Shown: positions 1 to 12,426, counted from the first letter of the whole stretch. The stretch is DNA of 63,840 bases, filler included, from Octopus bimaculoides (GCF_001194135.2; 4 parts of 4 records of this genome joined end to end with filler, not necessarily neighbours in it); one strand, 5' to 3'. The notes: generated by a model not told the origin, from the sequence alone. A program made the numbers and translations.

Positions 1-32
<32 letters not shown>

Positions 33-105
33 CATATATATATATGTATGTATATGCGCATAAATATTTAAATATATATAAATATAAGAAGAAAAGAAAC
101 CAAGC

Positions 106-276
106 ATGAAGATTTATTCCGAAGCGAATTTGTTGAACAATAAGCTGATTTGGAATCTGTCTGATCAAACATCAACAGAGATTACAACAATCAACATCGA
201 TTATACTTTGGATTTATTCGAACTCACAAACAATACGTTACTGGAAGAGGGAAATAAAAATATGTATTTCTATAAG
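106..276 (+). CDS. CCAP-R: Coding exon 1 (extracellular N-terminus, 57 aa) of a CCAP/neuropeptide-S-type neuropeptide GPCR
   Basis: ATG at 106 opens MKIYSEANLLNNKLIWNLSDQ...TNNTLLEEGNKNMYFYK, with N-glycosylation sequons NLS and NNT. It ends at a phase-0 donor AAG|GTAAAC (276/277). Splicing to 14038 gives YFYK-VEQLTFLW, matching the CCAP-R/NPSR signature FYFYxTEQxxxLW. The start codon itself is not independently confirmed. Confidence 0.85.
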
Positions 277-319
277 GTAAACATTGATTTTGGTTGTTAT
301 CTTAATTATTTTTGAAACG

Positions 320-450
320 GTGGTGGATTGGTTGAATCGTTAGAGCGTTGAGAAAAATGGTTTGCATTATGTAGTTACGGCTCTTTTAGTTGTAAGTTCA
401 ACCCTTTCAATGATTAACTTTGCAATTTCCTCTCCCTGGATCGATAGTAT
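320..450 (+). mobile_element. Old, degenerate tRNA-headed SINE (family B-like)
   Basis: ggtggtggattggttgaatcgttagagcgttg...aaaatggtttgc...gttgtaagttcaac...aactttgcaatttc resembles the family B head and body seen elsewhere in the window. Confidence 0.4.
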
Positions 451-483
451 AAAGTCTCACTCAAACACTGACTCAGACGCATT

Positions 484-715
484 CGTATACGAAACGTCGT
501 AACTTTCAGTGTTAGCTCTGAATTCTATCGAAAATCTGTAGAGATAAACTGAATTCGATATAAAGACCCACCCAAACACTCACTCTCTTGAAGCATGTGT
601 ATACACTCATTACCTAGTCTTTTTCTACCTTCAGTCGCATTGCTTACCTAAACGTATACGAAATGTCGTAACTTTCAGTACCGGCTCTGAATTCTATAGA
701 AAATCTATACAGATA
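484..715. repeat. Direct repeat of ~63 bp (484-546 and 653-715)
   Basis: cgtatacgaaa(c/t)gtcgtaactttcagt...gctctgaattctat(c/a)gaaaatct(g/a)ta(g/c)agata occurs twice with a 169-bp period. Confidence 0.85.
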
Positions 716-1149
716 CACTTAAAATGCTGACTCAATAAGATCACATATTTACCTCCAATCGAAATTTTTGGTTTAGTGCCTATTATGCAAACAGATAGTT
801 TGTGTGTGGGAAGCGATACGAGATCATTTATTCCAAATCTAAACATGGGACCACCAAATGGGAACATTTTTCCTAAGTTCAAATCAGTACTACGTAACTT
901 CAATTTACCTCACAAAAAATTAGCGACGTAGATACGAAGAGTGCACCATCTATGATAGGATTTTAAAATACTTGCTTAAATCAATAAGATAATTAAAAAA
1001 AAATATGGACGATTGTCAACTGAATTCGAAAACTTTTATTAGTGTAACATTATAATTACACACCAACAAAACTGGTGACATTCTCTAAGAATGAACAAAG
1101 GAATGAACTTGGTTTAAAATGTATTGAATTAATAGAAAATAAAGTATGA

Positions 1150-1500
1150 GGGCGCAGGCCTGGCTGTGTGGTAAGAAGTTTGCTTCCCAATCACATGGTT
1201 CCAGGTTCAGTCCCACTACGCGGAACCTTGGACAAGTGTCTTCTACTATTGCTCCAAGTCGACTGAATCCTTGTCAGTAGATTTGGTAGACGGAATTGTG
1301 TGATTTTGTGTCAGCTTGTCCCTACCTCCACTACTTGATAACTGGTGTTGGAGTAACTTAGCTGTTCGGCAAAAGTGATCGATAGAATAAGTACCAAAGT
1401 TTATAAAAATACGTAGTGGGGTCGATTCGTTTGACTAAAATTTTTTTCAAGGTGGTGCCTAAGTATGGCCGTAGTCTAATGATTGAAACAAGTAAAAGAA
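1150..1500 (+). mobile_element. SINE family A (tRNA-derived, CORE-like), near full length, diverged
   Basis: tRNA-like head ggcgcagg..tggctgtgtggtaag...ggttccaggttcagtcc; CORE-like ccttggacaagtgtctt; tail ...gaaacaagtaaaaga. Confidence 0.85.
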
Positions 1501-2182
1501 AAAATTTTGGCAAAAAAGTTAAAGAAATTTGAAAAGTCTTTCAGCGGAATATTCTAGTTTATGATACCATTGTGAGATGGTATAAAACAATTCAGTGTTA
1601 TAAAAAACAAATGCTTCCTTTGAGCAATTCAGTAAAATTCCTCGTGGATGTTAAAGACATTTTCTTTATGAAATTAATGAACCAAAAAGAGTTATACGAT
1701 GTGGAATATTTGGTTGATACCACTAGTTACTTGTATGATCTAAGTTTGAGTTTATCAGACCGGAATAAGATTCTTTTCTTCTTGCTAATATCAGGGGGTT
1801 TCAATGAAAACTGAAACTGTTCGGAACTTAACTGAGGAAGCAAAAATAAAAAATAATAACACTTTATGTTAGACGTATCAACTCTGAGCGAACGTAAAGC
1901 AGAATCGATGGTAGAAGTAAGCTGATGTGAAGGTTTCAATCTTTCCGATAAATTTTTAAAGAAAGTGTTTCAAATCTTTAGCATTACAAAGATACAGAAT
2001 TTTTTTTAATGTGACGACAGATGAATTACCATATACCTTATGTTAAGCCATTTATGATAGGATTATATTTTGATATCCAGATTTAATAGATTATCTGTTT
2101 GGAGATTTATAAATTCTTAATAGTGAAAAAATTCTCTTTTGAATATTCTTACACTGAAAATGGCGACAATATTTTCCACTAC

Positions 2183-2395
2183 TAGGGCGGCGAGATGGAA
2201 GATTCGTTAACACGCCGGGCAAAATGCTTAGCGGCGTTTCGTCCGTCTTTACATTCTGAGTTAAAATTCCGCCGGGGCTGTCTTTGATATCATCTTTTTG
2301 GGGTCGATGAAATAAGTACCAGTTGGAAACTGGGGTCAATTTCATCGACTTTTCCCCTCCCCTAAAGTTGCTGGCCTTGTACCAAAAACAATATT
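2183..2395 (+). mobile_element. SINE family B (tRNA-derived, Nin-like domain), full length
   Basis: ggcggcgag(c/a)tgg..gttaacacgccgggcaaaatgcttagcggc...ttctgagtt.aaattccgcc...ggggtcgatgaaataagtaccag...ggccttgtacc; homologous to copies at 18862, 36310 and 50744. Confidence 0.85.
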
Positions 2396-2654
2396 TTCTA
2401 CCACTTATCGATGAGAACAGGGTTCTCTTTTCCAATTCAACAACACCCGTTTATTTTCTGAGGTTATAAATAATAATCTTAGAAACTGAGAAGTGCTGTG
2501 CCATCAGTTCCAGCTAAAATTTCCAAAACATAGTAGAACTGAACCTTCTCATCAGTATGCAAGATGAGTTTAATTAAATCAAAAACATTACGTCATTATG
2601 TCTTCGGTGTTTCAGCATCAAAATATATCTAGTTAGTGAATTATAATTCATGCT

Positions 2655-3067
2655 TTTAAATTTTGGCACAAGGCCAGCAATTTTAGGGGATGGGGTAAAT
2701 CGATTACATCGATGCCAGTGCTTAACTGTTACTTATTTTATCGACCCCGAGAGGATGAACTACTGTTCATCCTCTCGCGGTCGATAAAATATTAAGTTAG
2801 TATTACAAAGACACAGAATTTTTTTTAATGTGACGACAGATGAATTACCATATAGCTTATGTTAATCCATTTACGATAGGATTATACTTTGGGAATTTAC
2901 AAATTCTTAATACTGAAAAAAAAAGAAATTCTCTTTTGAATATTTCTGCATTGAAAATGGTGACAATATTTTCTATTACTAGAGCGGCGAGCTGGCAGAA
3001 TTTGAACTCAGAACGCTTAGACACGAAATGCCGCTAATCATTTTGCCCGTCGACCAGCTCACCGACA
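2655..3067 (-). mobile_element. SINE family B on the minus strand, split into halves (2655-2760 and 2998-3067) by a ~240-bp insertion
   Basis: The 3' half ends at ...gagaggatgaa and the 5' half resumes at gaatttgaactcagaacg...ccagctcacc; these are nearly adjacent in intact copies such as 36310-36512. Confidence 0.75.
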
Positions 3068-3486
3068 TTAATGAATTTTAGTTAATGATAATTAATGTTG
3101 CTGAATGTAATCTTCTAAAAGTAAAATTGTTAATATAATTTCGTGGTTTACTTACCGATTTTTCTTCTTTTTGCCTCCNNNNNNNNNNNNNNNNNNNNNN
3201 NNNNNNNNNNNNNNNNNNNNNNNNNNNNNNNNNNNNNNNNNNNNNNNNNNNNNNNNNNNNNNNNNNNNNNNNNNNNNNNNNNNNNNNNNNNNNNNNNNNN
3301 NNNNNNNNNNNNNNNNNNNNNNNNNNNNNNNNNNNNNNNNNNNNNNNNNNNNNNNNNNNNNNNNNNNNNNNNNNNNNNNNNNNNNNNNNNNNNNNNNNNN
3401 NNNNNNNNNNNNNNNNNNNNNNNNNNNNNNNNNNNNNNNNNNNNNNNNNNNNNNNNNNNNNNNNNNNNNNNNNNNNNNNNNNNNNN

Positions 3487-3530
<44 letters not shown>

Positions 3531-6124
3531 ACATACATTTATATTCCTACTACGAGCTTTCTATACTTTTAACAATGTGGCTATTTTTTTTTTCAAGTTA
3601 TCAAAAATATGTTCTGTCTCAGAGCAACACAAGTCTTCGCTTTGTGTTGGCATTAAAAAGAAATTAATTCATAAAATAAGATGTGTGATGTGATGAGAGG
3701 TGAGCTTATACGTGTCTAGGAAAAATGGTACTTTGTGCCACACGGGATATAACATTAATAATAGAAAGAAGCTGTTTTTGACAAAGTGTGACCTTAGGTT
3801 AATTCGACGGTAACTGATGTTGTGCTATGTCATACATGATTTCAATACAATTCTTTGATATGAATTTGGTGGAAATGAAAAATATTACTATATCAATATG
3901 CCAATTATCTGGTCAATATAAAATAGTGCTCTCTCATTACAGTCTGCAAGGGAAATGTAGATGGCTATCAACCATGTCTCTTTCGTTTTGTTTCGTGACA
4001 AAATGATATTCCAATTTACTTTTTCATATTCCAAACTAAGACAGTTTCTTGAAAATTTAGTTTTTTCTTTCTTGATTGCTATCACAGTTTTCTTGAGATG
4101 TTTATTAACCTCGGGTCAGTGGTGATCTAGCAGAACTGCTCCAGGCATGACAATTCGATGTTTTTTCCTTACAATGTACATTTTTGGCAACATAATGAGT
4201 CCTTTCTATTTTTAAAACGACAACGTATGATTTTTGAGATATTTTACTGCTATTTCTTGTGATGATCAATACTTGATGTTTGTACGTTGAAATGGTTCAT
4301 TTTTTAATAGAATTCTTCTGTCTTTTAGAAGTATTTTATGTCATATGAACTTAAAAGAAATATCTTTAATTTTCTAATGTCAATGACAAATATATGTAAC
4401 AATATAATCGTTAATATAATTTTTAATAGAAAATATTTTAGATACAAATTATCGAGTAAATTACTGCCATCATCTTGACACAAGCTTTGTAGTTATTTTA
4501 TAGCGTGAATCAACTCTCTCCTATTTCTTCGTTTAGTGGTTTGTGTCGTGAAAGTGAAGCATCGACATCTTGAAACCACATCGTCTTCAAAAACAAAACT
4601 TTTGCTGAAAGATAAAAGATACTGATAATCTTTTCATTGATCTTGAGTGACCAAGCACCAACAGTGTAGACTATTATCGGATACCTTCTTGTTGTGTATT
4701 CACTAGCAAAAGTTCTTTCTTATTTATACTTCACTGAGTATCAGGCTATCGATATGCAACACACCAGCATAAGATATATATATATAACTACAATGTACAT
4801 TTAAACACATAAGAGGCATCCATCATAGGATTCCTTACCTGCAAGAAAGAACAGTTAAATTCCAAACAACTATTTAGGGATAAAACTTCGAAGGGAATAT
4901 ATATGTATGTATGTGTGTGTGTGTGTGTGTACGTGTGTGTGTGTGTGCGTGTGTGTGGAAAAGCAAATATAATATGTATCATGTAGTATAATACATACAT
5001 ACATAATGTATATACATATATATATATATATATATATGTGCATATATATGTGTAAGTATGTATGTATGTATGAATNNNNNNNNNNNNNNNNNNNNNNNNN
5101 NNNNNNNNNNNNNNNNNNNNNNNNNNNNNNNNNNNNNNNNNNNNNNNNNNNNNNNNNNNNNNNNNNNNNNNNNNNNNNNNNNNNNNNNNNNNNNNNNNNN
5201 NNNNNNNNNNNNNNNNNNNNNNNNNNNNNNNNNNNNNNNNNNNNNNNNNNNNNNNNNNNNNNNNNNNNNNNNNNNNNNNNNNNNNNNNNNNNNNNNNNNN
5301 NNNNNNNNNNNNNNNNNNNNNNNNNNNNNNNNNNNNNNNNNNNNNNNNNNNNNNNNNNNNNNNNNNNNNNNNNNNNNNNNNNNNNNNNNNNNNNNNNNNN
5401 NNNNNNNNNNNNNNNNNNNNNNNNNNNNNNNNNNNNNNNNNNNNNNNNNNNNNNNNNNNNNNNNNNNNNNNNNNNNNNNNNNNNNNNNNNNNNNNNNNNN
5501 NNNNNNNNNNNNNNNNNNNNNNNNNNNNNNNNNNNNNNNNNNNNNNNNNNNNNNNNNNNNNNNNNNNNNNNNNNNNNNNNNNNNNNNNNNNNNNNNNNNN
5601 NNNNNNNNNNNNNNNNNNNNNNNNNNNNNNNNNNNNNNNNNNNNNNNNNNNNNNNNNNNNNNNNNNNNNNNNNNNNNNNNNNNNNNNNNNNNNNNNNNNN
5701 NNNNNNNNNNNNNNNNNNNNNNNNNNNNNNNNNNNNNNNNNNNNNNNNNNNNNNNNNNNNNNNNNNNNNNNNNNNNNNNNNNNNNNNNNNNNNNNNNNNN
5801 NNNNNNNNNNNNNNNNNNNNNNNNNNNNNNNNNNNNNNNNNNNNNNNNNNNNNNNNNNNNNNNNNNNNNNNNNNNNNNNNNNNNNNNNNNNNNNNNNNNN
5901 NNNNNNNNNNNNNNNNNNNNNNNNNNNNNNNNNNNNNNNNNNNNNNNNNNNNNNNNNNNNNNNNNNNNNNNNNNNNNNNNNNNNNNNNNNNNNNNNNNNN
6001 NNNNNNNNNNNNNNNNNNNNNNTAAACTAAAGAGAAGTATATATACTTTTCTTTGTTTCTCCTCTGCAACTGTTGGTACATATTCGTATAGTCATAGTCA
6101 TTAAAGAGATGTATATATATATAT

Positions 6125-6179
<55 letters not shown>

Positions 6180-6654
6180 CACTGTGTAGTTGCCAAAATC
6201 AAAAAGCAAACAATGCGCATGTGTGAAATTAAAAATATAAAATGGCGACAATTTATCCATCGCACGCTGTATAGGGATTTCATTGTAATTCAAATCCAAA
6301 GGAAGTCTGAAGGTGCTGTGTGCTGTACGCCCTGTGCGCTGTAAGCGTGGTTTATTTATGCTAGCTCATTTCATTATTTTATTATTGTTTAAGATACAAA
6401 AGGAAAGTGAAGTGGGAGCGTTGATATCTGATATGGCCATAAAATTTACTTTGTATCTGACCACATGTTAACCTTAGTTCTAGGACGAAACCGAGAGTTC
6501 CGTGCACTAAATTATGTCAAATGATATCTTAGTATTCTAATAAAAGCTTCGTCTATGTATTAAAAGAGACTCAATAAAAATTAATTACACTTAAACTAAG
6601 TAATTGAAGGAATTCTGGCATATATACTTCAGATGTTCATATGAAAGGTGCACT

Positions 6655-6790
6655 AGCGGTTTGGCAAATGAGACTGAAACAATAGGTCCCAGGCTTTAAA
6701 AAGTACTGGGGTCGATCCATCCGACTAAAACTTCTTGAAGGCGGTGCTCCAGCATGGCCACAGTCTGAAACAAATAAAAGATAAAAGAAA
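6655..6790 (+). mobile_element. SINE family A 3' fragment
   Basis: tagcggtttggcaaa...ctggggtcgat...gaaggcggtgctccagcatggcc...gaaacaaataaaaga. Confidence 0.85.
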
Positions 6791-6820
6791 CGCAGCTCCG
6801 ATAACGGACATAGTCAACAA

Positions 6821-7044
6821 CTCTTTACTCCCTTTTACTTGTTTCAGTCATTTGACTGCGGCCATGCTGGAGCACCGCCTTTAGTCGAGCGCAAATCGAC
6901 CCCAGGACTTATTCTTTGTAAGCCTAGTACTTATTCTATCGGTCTGTTTTGCCGAACCGCTAAGTTACGGGGACGTAAACATACCAGCATCGGTTGTCAA
7001 GCGATGTTGGGGGGACAAACACAGACACACAAACACACACACAC

Positions 7045-7091
<47 letters not shown>

Positions 7092-7404
7092 NNNNNNNNN
7101 NNNNNNNNNNNNNNNNNNNNNNNNNNNNNNNNNNNNNNNNNNNNNNNNNNNNNNNNNNNNNNNNNNNNNNNNNNNNNNNNNNNNNNNNNNNNNNNNNNNN
7201 NNNNNNNNNNNNNNNNNNNNNNNNNNNNNNNNNNNNNNNNNNNNNNNNNNNNNNNNNNNNNNNNNNNNNNNNNNNNNNNNNNNNNNNNNNNNNNNNNNNN
7301 NNNNNNNNNNNNNNNNNNNNNNNNNNNNNNNNNNNNNNNNNNNNNNNNNNNNNNNNNNNNNNNNNNNNNNNNNNNNNNNNNNNNNNNNNNNNNNNNNNNN
7401 NNNN

Positions 7405-7445
<41 letters not shown>

Positions 7446-7597
7446 GACGGGCTTCTTTCAGTTTCCGTCTACCAAATCCACTCACAAGGCTTTGGTCGGC
7501 CCGAGGCTATAGTAGAAGACACTTGCCCAAGATGCCACGCAGTGGGTCTGAACCCGGAACCATGTGGTTGGTAAGCGAGCTACTTACCACATGGCCA
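6821..7597 (-). mobile_element. SINE family A, young full-length copy with an internal microsatellite and N gap
   Basis: Both halves closely match the 11272-11679 copy: tail cttttacttgtttcagtc..., head ...gaacccggaaccatgtggttggtaagcgagctacttaccac. Confidence 0.9.
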
Positions 7598-8834
7598 TTG
7601 AAGACGTTGCAAGAAACAGCGAAACTTTTAGTAGAAAAATAAATAAATGAGTGGAAATCGAACCGGTGAGTGTTAATAAGGCATCAAAACAGAATGACTC
7701 TCCCCAAGCACAACAAAACTAAGTGAAAGTTCTGGGAAAACTAAAAGCACATGTACTATGATTTATTGAACAAACAAATTTGTTACAACAAACAAAAATA
7801 TAAATAGGCTTTCTTAGACGAATAGTCTGGTGGCTCGAAGATATAAATACAAAACAAATAAAAACAATATAATAATGCTATTATTAATGCACACAAATTT
7901 ACTTGGAATATGTAGTTACAATTAATCTTTGTGAGTAGCATACCTCTTACACATAGAATAATGGAGACAATTGAAGATCAAACATCGTAAAACGTGAAAC
8001 AGACTATGAATAATTTTCCGTTTTTAGTATGTATGTATGTATGTATGTATGTATGTATGTATGTATGGACGTATGTATGTATGTATGTATGTAAGTATGT
8101 ATGTGCGTACGTATGTATGTATGTTTGTATGTATGTATGTGTGTGTGTGTGTATATATATATATGTATGCGTGTGGGTATGTACGTATGTATGTATGTAT
8201 GTATGTATTCTGCATATTCACGTGTTTCTGTGTGCATGTTTGTGTTTGTATGTATGTTATCACGCTTGGACCGGACATTTTTTCAGTAGGAACTGCGCTA
8301 TGTGCAACATTTTGGAAAAGGGCCCGTAGTTCCCTTAGTGGGCCACCTAGAGACTCGGGACCACTTTCATTGGCTTCCTCGAACAATTTTTCCCAATGAT
8401 AAACTCTTAGTTTTTATGTAGATGCTATAGCCTTTCTTCCTATAAATCGACAGAGAAACACACAAACAGACGTTCATCTTTATTGTATAGATAAATGTAT
8501 ATTCGTATCTATATATGCGCGTGTGTGTCTCTTTAGAATGTGATGTGTGCGTGTGTGGGTCGGTCTCTATCACCATGTATTTTCTTTTTCTCTTTTATTG
8601 TGTCCGCGTGTAGAGTGAATATGTATGCCGGTGGATATGTATTTCATACGTGTATATGTGTGTATGTGTGTGTATATATAAAGTATACACACACACACAC
8701 ATATGTGCGTCCGTGTGCTTGTGTGAGTGGGTATGCAAGAATGTGTATCTTTTCACTGTGTGTGTGGCTGTGTGTCTGCATGCGTTTTCTTGAGTGCATG
8801 CGCATGTGTATATATATATTTTTCTTTTTTCTAC

Positions 8835-8925
8835 TAGTAGGGTCTGATGAAACTATAGGATGTTATTCAGGGCACTCAACTAAGGCAATGCATCCTATAG
8901 CAGAAACGGATCTAAGCTAATCAAC
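8835..8925 (+). ncRNA. Degenerate hammerhead-ribozyme-like motif with a long stem II
   Basis: CTGATGA (8844-8850); 10-bp perfect stem CTATAGGATG/CATCCTATAG (8853-8862 / 8891-8900); GAAAC at 8903. The cleavage triplet and stem I are not canonical. Confidence 0.4.
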
Positions 8926-8966
8926 TTCATAATATAACCATTGTTTTTCCTGTGTCATCTCTGTTT

Positions 8967-9003
<37 letters not shown>

Positions 9004-9273
9004 CAAAAGTGGGGTGGTGTTTCCACGTAGGAAAAAATACAGGAAAATGTTGAAAATGCACCTAAATTTCAAGAACTCGTAAATGTTTAAAGTACATTTA
9101 ATTACATATATACCAAACTAGTTTCAACAATATTTTTTTCTTTATCAATGGTGAAAGTTTAANNNNNNNNNNATTCAGGCACTCAACTAAGGCAATGCAT
9201 CCTATAGCAGAAACGGATCTAAGCTAATCAACTTCATAATATAACCATTGTTTTTCCTGTGTCATCTCTGTTT

Positions 9274-9310
<37 letters not shown>

Positions 9311-10214
9311 CAAAAGTGGGGTGGTGTTTCCACGTAGGAAAAAATACAGGAAAATGTTGAAAATGCACCTAAATTTCAAGAACTCGTAAATGTTTAAAGT
9401 ACATTTAATTACATATATACCAAACTAGTTTCAACAATATTTTTTTCTTTATCAATGGTGAAAGTTTAAAGTTATGAATTAGAAAAACATCTTTAAAAGT
9501 TTCAATGTTGACAGATTAAAATGTTTTCAATGTTGATAAATCATGTTCAAAACATAAATTTATCATTATGAATTAGAAGGACAGGTGTAAGTTTGAATGT
9601 TCATAGCAGTCAATAATATTAAAACTGTATATCAATTTGTTTGAATGTACAAAGTTCATTAATTTTAGTGCTGGTCGACAAGTCATACTGAAAATAGTAA
9701 AAAAGGAATTTGGTTTACAGTTTCTCTGATCCTCTTCTGGTAGACGCTTTTGCTTGTAGTGGTATGTTTTGGGATAAAATGTATTTATAATTTTTTCCGC
9801 GAACGGATCTGATTTTTGATTCGTTAAAATACTGGTGATGTTTTTTTTCCGTAGTCAAGCTTGTCGTTCTGCTTAGTTGGTTTCCCTGTGGAGATGGTCA
9901 TAACTCATTCCGGTTGGTTGGTTCTCTTAAAGGGTCATTTCATTGTATTTGTTGAAGTTCGGTTTTGTTTGGTCTGGACTTAGGTGACGTCAGTAACTGG
10001 TGTTTGTAAAATTTCATTGGACTAGAAGATATTTCGCTACTGCCCTTGCTACTTCCACTCCAAGTTTATTTTTGAACCTGTTGGGGACACACGAGATGTC
10101 GAAATATTGTTCATTTGATAACAGTCGCATTCTTCTTTATTGTTTCTTTACTTTCTGGAGTAATAACATAAATCCTATAATTATTATTATTATTATCATT
10201 ACTATTATTATTAT

Positions 10215-10505
10215 TTTATGTTTGACTTTTGTTTTGCATTTGTACAAGTTGGATCCAAGTCTCACCCAGAGACCTCAAGAGACAACAAGTTAGAAGTTCA
10301 TGTAGGTGTTATGCCTAGGGTACCATATATTTGGATTTGTACAGTTTTGTTCAAGTGAATGTTTAAGAAACCATAAGAAAATTATGTGTTTGCTTTAAAA
10401 TTTGAGATCACATAGACAGTATTTTACGTAGGATATGGGCAGTTCCCATGAGCACTATCTTTTAAACTTCAGCCATTTTGGGGTTTCCTGGTATCTGAGC
10501 TAGGT
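10215..10505 (-). mobile_element. 3' end of an R4/Dong-type (restriction-like endonuclease) non-LTR retrotransposon abutting (TAA)n
   Basis: Minus strand reads LAQIPGNPKMAEV*KIVLMGTAHILRKILSM* (10505-10408), the QKxVLxGTAxILRxxL C-terminus typical of R4-clade ORFs. A ~190-bp 3' UTR runs straight into (TAA)n at 10178-10214. The 5' part is lost in the gap. Confidence 0.75.
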
Positions 10506-11102
10506 NNNNNNNNNNNNNNNNNNNNNNNNNNNNNNNNNNNNNNNNNNNNNNNNNNNNNNNNNNNNNNNNNNNNNNNNNNNNNNNNNNNNNNNNNNNNNNN
10601 NNNNNNNNNNNNNNNNNNNNNNNNNNNNNNNNNNNNNNNNNNNNNNNNNNNNNNNNNNNNNNNNNNNNNNNNNNNNNNNNNNNNNNNNNNNNNNNNNNNN
10701 NNNNNNNNNNNNNNNNNNNNNNNNNNNNNNNNNNNNNNNNNNNNNNNNNNNNNNNNNNNNNNNNNNNNNNNNNNNNNNNNNNNNNNNNNNNNNNNNNNNN
10801 NNNNNNNNNNNNNNNNNNNNNNNNNNNNNNNNNNNNNNNNNNNNNNNNNNNNNNNNNNNNNNNNNNNNNNNNNNNNNNNNNNNNNNNNNNNNNNNNNNNN
10901 NNNNNNNNNNNNNNNNNNNNNNNNNNNNNNNNNNNNNNNNNNNNNNNNNNNNNNNNNNNNNNNNNNNNNNNNNNNNNNNNNNNNNNNNNNNNNNNNNNNN
11001 NNNNNNNNNNNNNNNNNNNNNNNNNNNNNNNNNNNNNNNNNNNNNNNNNNNNNNNNNNNNNNNNNNNNNNNNNNNNNNNNNNNNNNNNNNNNNNNNNNNN
11101 NN

Positions 11103-11152
11103 ATAATAATAATAATAATAATAATAACAAACATAATAATAATAATAATATT

Positions 11153-11188
<36 letters not shown>

Positions 11189-11271
11189 CATAATAATAAT
11201 AATAATATTAATAATAATAATAATAATAATAACAACAAACATAATAATAATAATAATAACAAACATAATAA
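11103..11271. repeat. (AAT)n microsatellite with periodic AACAAAC interruptions
   Basis: Directly visible. Confidence 0.9.
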
Positions 11272-11679
11272 TACTCTTTACTCTCTTTTACTCTTTTACT
11301 TGTTTTAGTCAATTGACTGCAGCCATGCTGGAGCACCACCTTTAGTCGAGCAAATCGACCCCAGAACTTATTCTTTGTAAGCCTAGTACTTATTCTATCT
11401 GTCTCTTTTGCCGAACTGCTAAATTACAGGGACTCAAACACACCAGAATCGGTTGTCAGGCGATGTTGGGGGACAAACCCAGACACACAAACACACATGC
11501 ACATATATATGCATATATATACGACGGGCTTCTTTCAGTTTCCGTCTACCAAATCCACTCACAAGGCTTTGATCGGCCCGAGACTATAGTAGAAGACACT
11601 TGCCCAAGGTTCCACGCAGTGGGACTGAACCCAGAACTATGTGGTTGGTAAGCAAGCTACTTACCACACAGCCACTCCT
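11272..11679 (-). mobile_element. SINE family A, full length
   Basis: Complete head, CORE-like body, internal (CA/TA) microsatellite and (ctctttta)n tail. Confidence 0.92.
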
Positions 11680-12426
11680 TATAACAACACACGTAATAAT
11701 AATAANNNNNNNNNNNNNNNNNNNNNNNNNNNNNNNNNNNNNNNNNNNNNNNNNNNNNNNNNNNNNNNNNNNNNNNNNNNNNNNNNNNNNNNNNNNNNNN
11801 NNNNNNNNNNNNNNNNNNNNNNNNNNNNNNNNNNNNNNNNNNNNNNNNNNNNNNNNNNNNNNNNNNNNNNNNNNNNNNNNNNNNNNNNNNNNNNNNNNNN
11901 NNNNNNNNNNNNNNNNNNNNNNNNNNNNNNNNNNNNNNNNNNNNNNNNNNNNNNNNNNNNNNNNNNNNNNNNNNNNNNNNNNNNNNNNNNNNNNNNNNNN
12001 NNNNNNNNNNNNNNNNNNNNNNNNNNNNNNNNNNNNNNNNNNNNNNNNNNNNNNNNNNNNNNNNNNNNNNNNNNNNNNNNNNNNNNNNNNNNNNNNNNNN
12101 NNNNNNNNNNNNNNNNNNNNNNNNNNNNNNNNNNNNNNNNNNNNNNNNNNNNNNNNNNNNNNNNNNNNNNNNNNNNNNNNNNNNNNNNNNNNNNNNNNNN
12201 NNNNNNNNNNNNNNNNNNNNNNNNNNNNNNNNNNNNNNNNNNNNNNNNNNNNNNNNNNNNNNNNNNNNNNNNNNNNNNNNNNNNNNNNNNNNNNNNNNNN
12301 NNNNNNNNNNNNNNNNNNNNNNNNNNNNNNNNNNNNNNNNNNNNNNNNNNNNNNNNNNNNNNNNNNNNNNNNNNNNNNNNNNNNNNNNNNNNNNNNNNNN
12401 NNNNNNNNNNNNNNNNNNNNNNNNNN

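Noticed and set aside
8265-8410. GC-richer island after (TATG)n with a GGAACTGCG motif reminiscent of R4 C-termini
   Set aside because: The translation does not give a convincing GTAxILRK motif.
8865-9469. Near-identical ~297-bp tandem duplication (8865-9162 and 9173-9469)
   Set aside because: The copies are essentially identical and separated by a 10-N gap, the signature of unmerged overlapping contig ends.
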